This document shows, piece by piece, positions 63,912 through 64,000 of a stretch of 64,000 bases of DNA. The notes below the pieces were generated by a model. The model was given only the letters and a program-made list of their open reading frames with translations, was not told the origin of the DNA and ran no database searches. The first letter of the stretch is position 1. Every line of letters starts with the position of its first letter. Position numbers and translations under genes: made by a program. Origin of the DNA: Candidatus Bathyanammoxibius amoris. Its GTDB lineage: Bacteria > Planctomycetota > Brocadiia > Brocadiales > Bathyanammoxibiaceae. The DNA is taken from NCBI GenBank assembly GCA_024451685.1, contig JAMXCW010000002.1, forward strand, positions 109,541 through 173,540, in the 5' to 3' direction.

Positions 63912-64000
63912 CACGTACTGGCAAGCAATTTTTCGGTCATGCGGCTGCCGCGTCTTTTTATGCACGGCCGGCTCACTAGCTCGAATTGACGCGCCGCCTG

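Overview
This 64-kb bacterial chromosomal window is densely coding and mostly housekeeping. It resembles Planctomycetota/Brocadiales (anammox-type) genomes, but that assignment is an inference from gene content only.

Housekeeping calls I am confident in:
- Metabolism: GTP-PEPCK, purC, hutI, queD, thiL.
- Membrane and export: an NfeD/NfeD/FloA flotillin module, tatA, a MacAB-like efflux set, an MsbA-like ABC exporter.
- Proteostasis and RNA: an mcsA-mcsB-clpC operon, rluD, tsaE.
- DNA repair and cell wall: mutL, nth, dacB.
- Redox: rubrerythrin and a Tat-exported TtrBA-like molybdoenzyme pair.
- RNA genes read directly from the sequence: tRNA-Leu(CAA), tRNA-Leu(CAG), and a tmRNA next to smpB.

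The most unusual region is about 47.9-62.4 kb, a roughly 14.3-kb segment bracketed by about 214-bp near-identical direct repeats. The left repeat is a dead 3' fragment of the intact gene at 62214-63122. Inside the segment are:
- A tightly packed six-gene respiratory operon: a GltD-like FAD/NAD(P) oxidoreductase fused to a 2x[4Fe-4S] domain, a Rieske protein, a split cytochrome b6, a subunit-IV-like protein, a membrane-anchored hexaheme cytochrome c, and an octaheme HAO-like protein.
- A downstream module of two paralogous monoheme proteins, a small orphan protein and an FAD oxidoreductase.
- A tandemly triplicated promoter/leader/5'-CDS unit interrupted by an IS3-family remnant.
- A 750-bp ORF-free AT-rich tract.

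Composite Rieske/cytochrome b clusters of this kind have been noted in anammox genomes, but their function is unresolved.

A family of intergenic hairpin-cassette repeats recurs across the window. Their typical form is an outer GTAGC/GCTAC stem enclosing two small hairpins.

All calls rest on motif recognition by eye. No searches were run, and start codons are best guesses.
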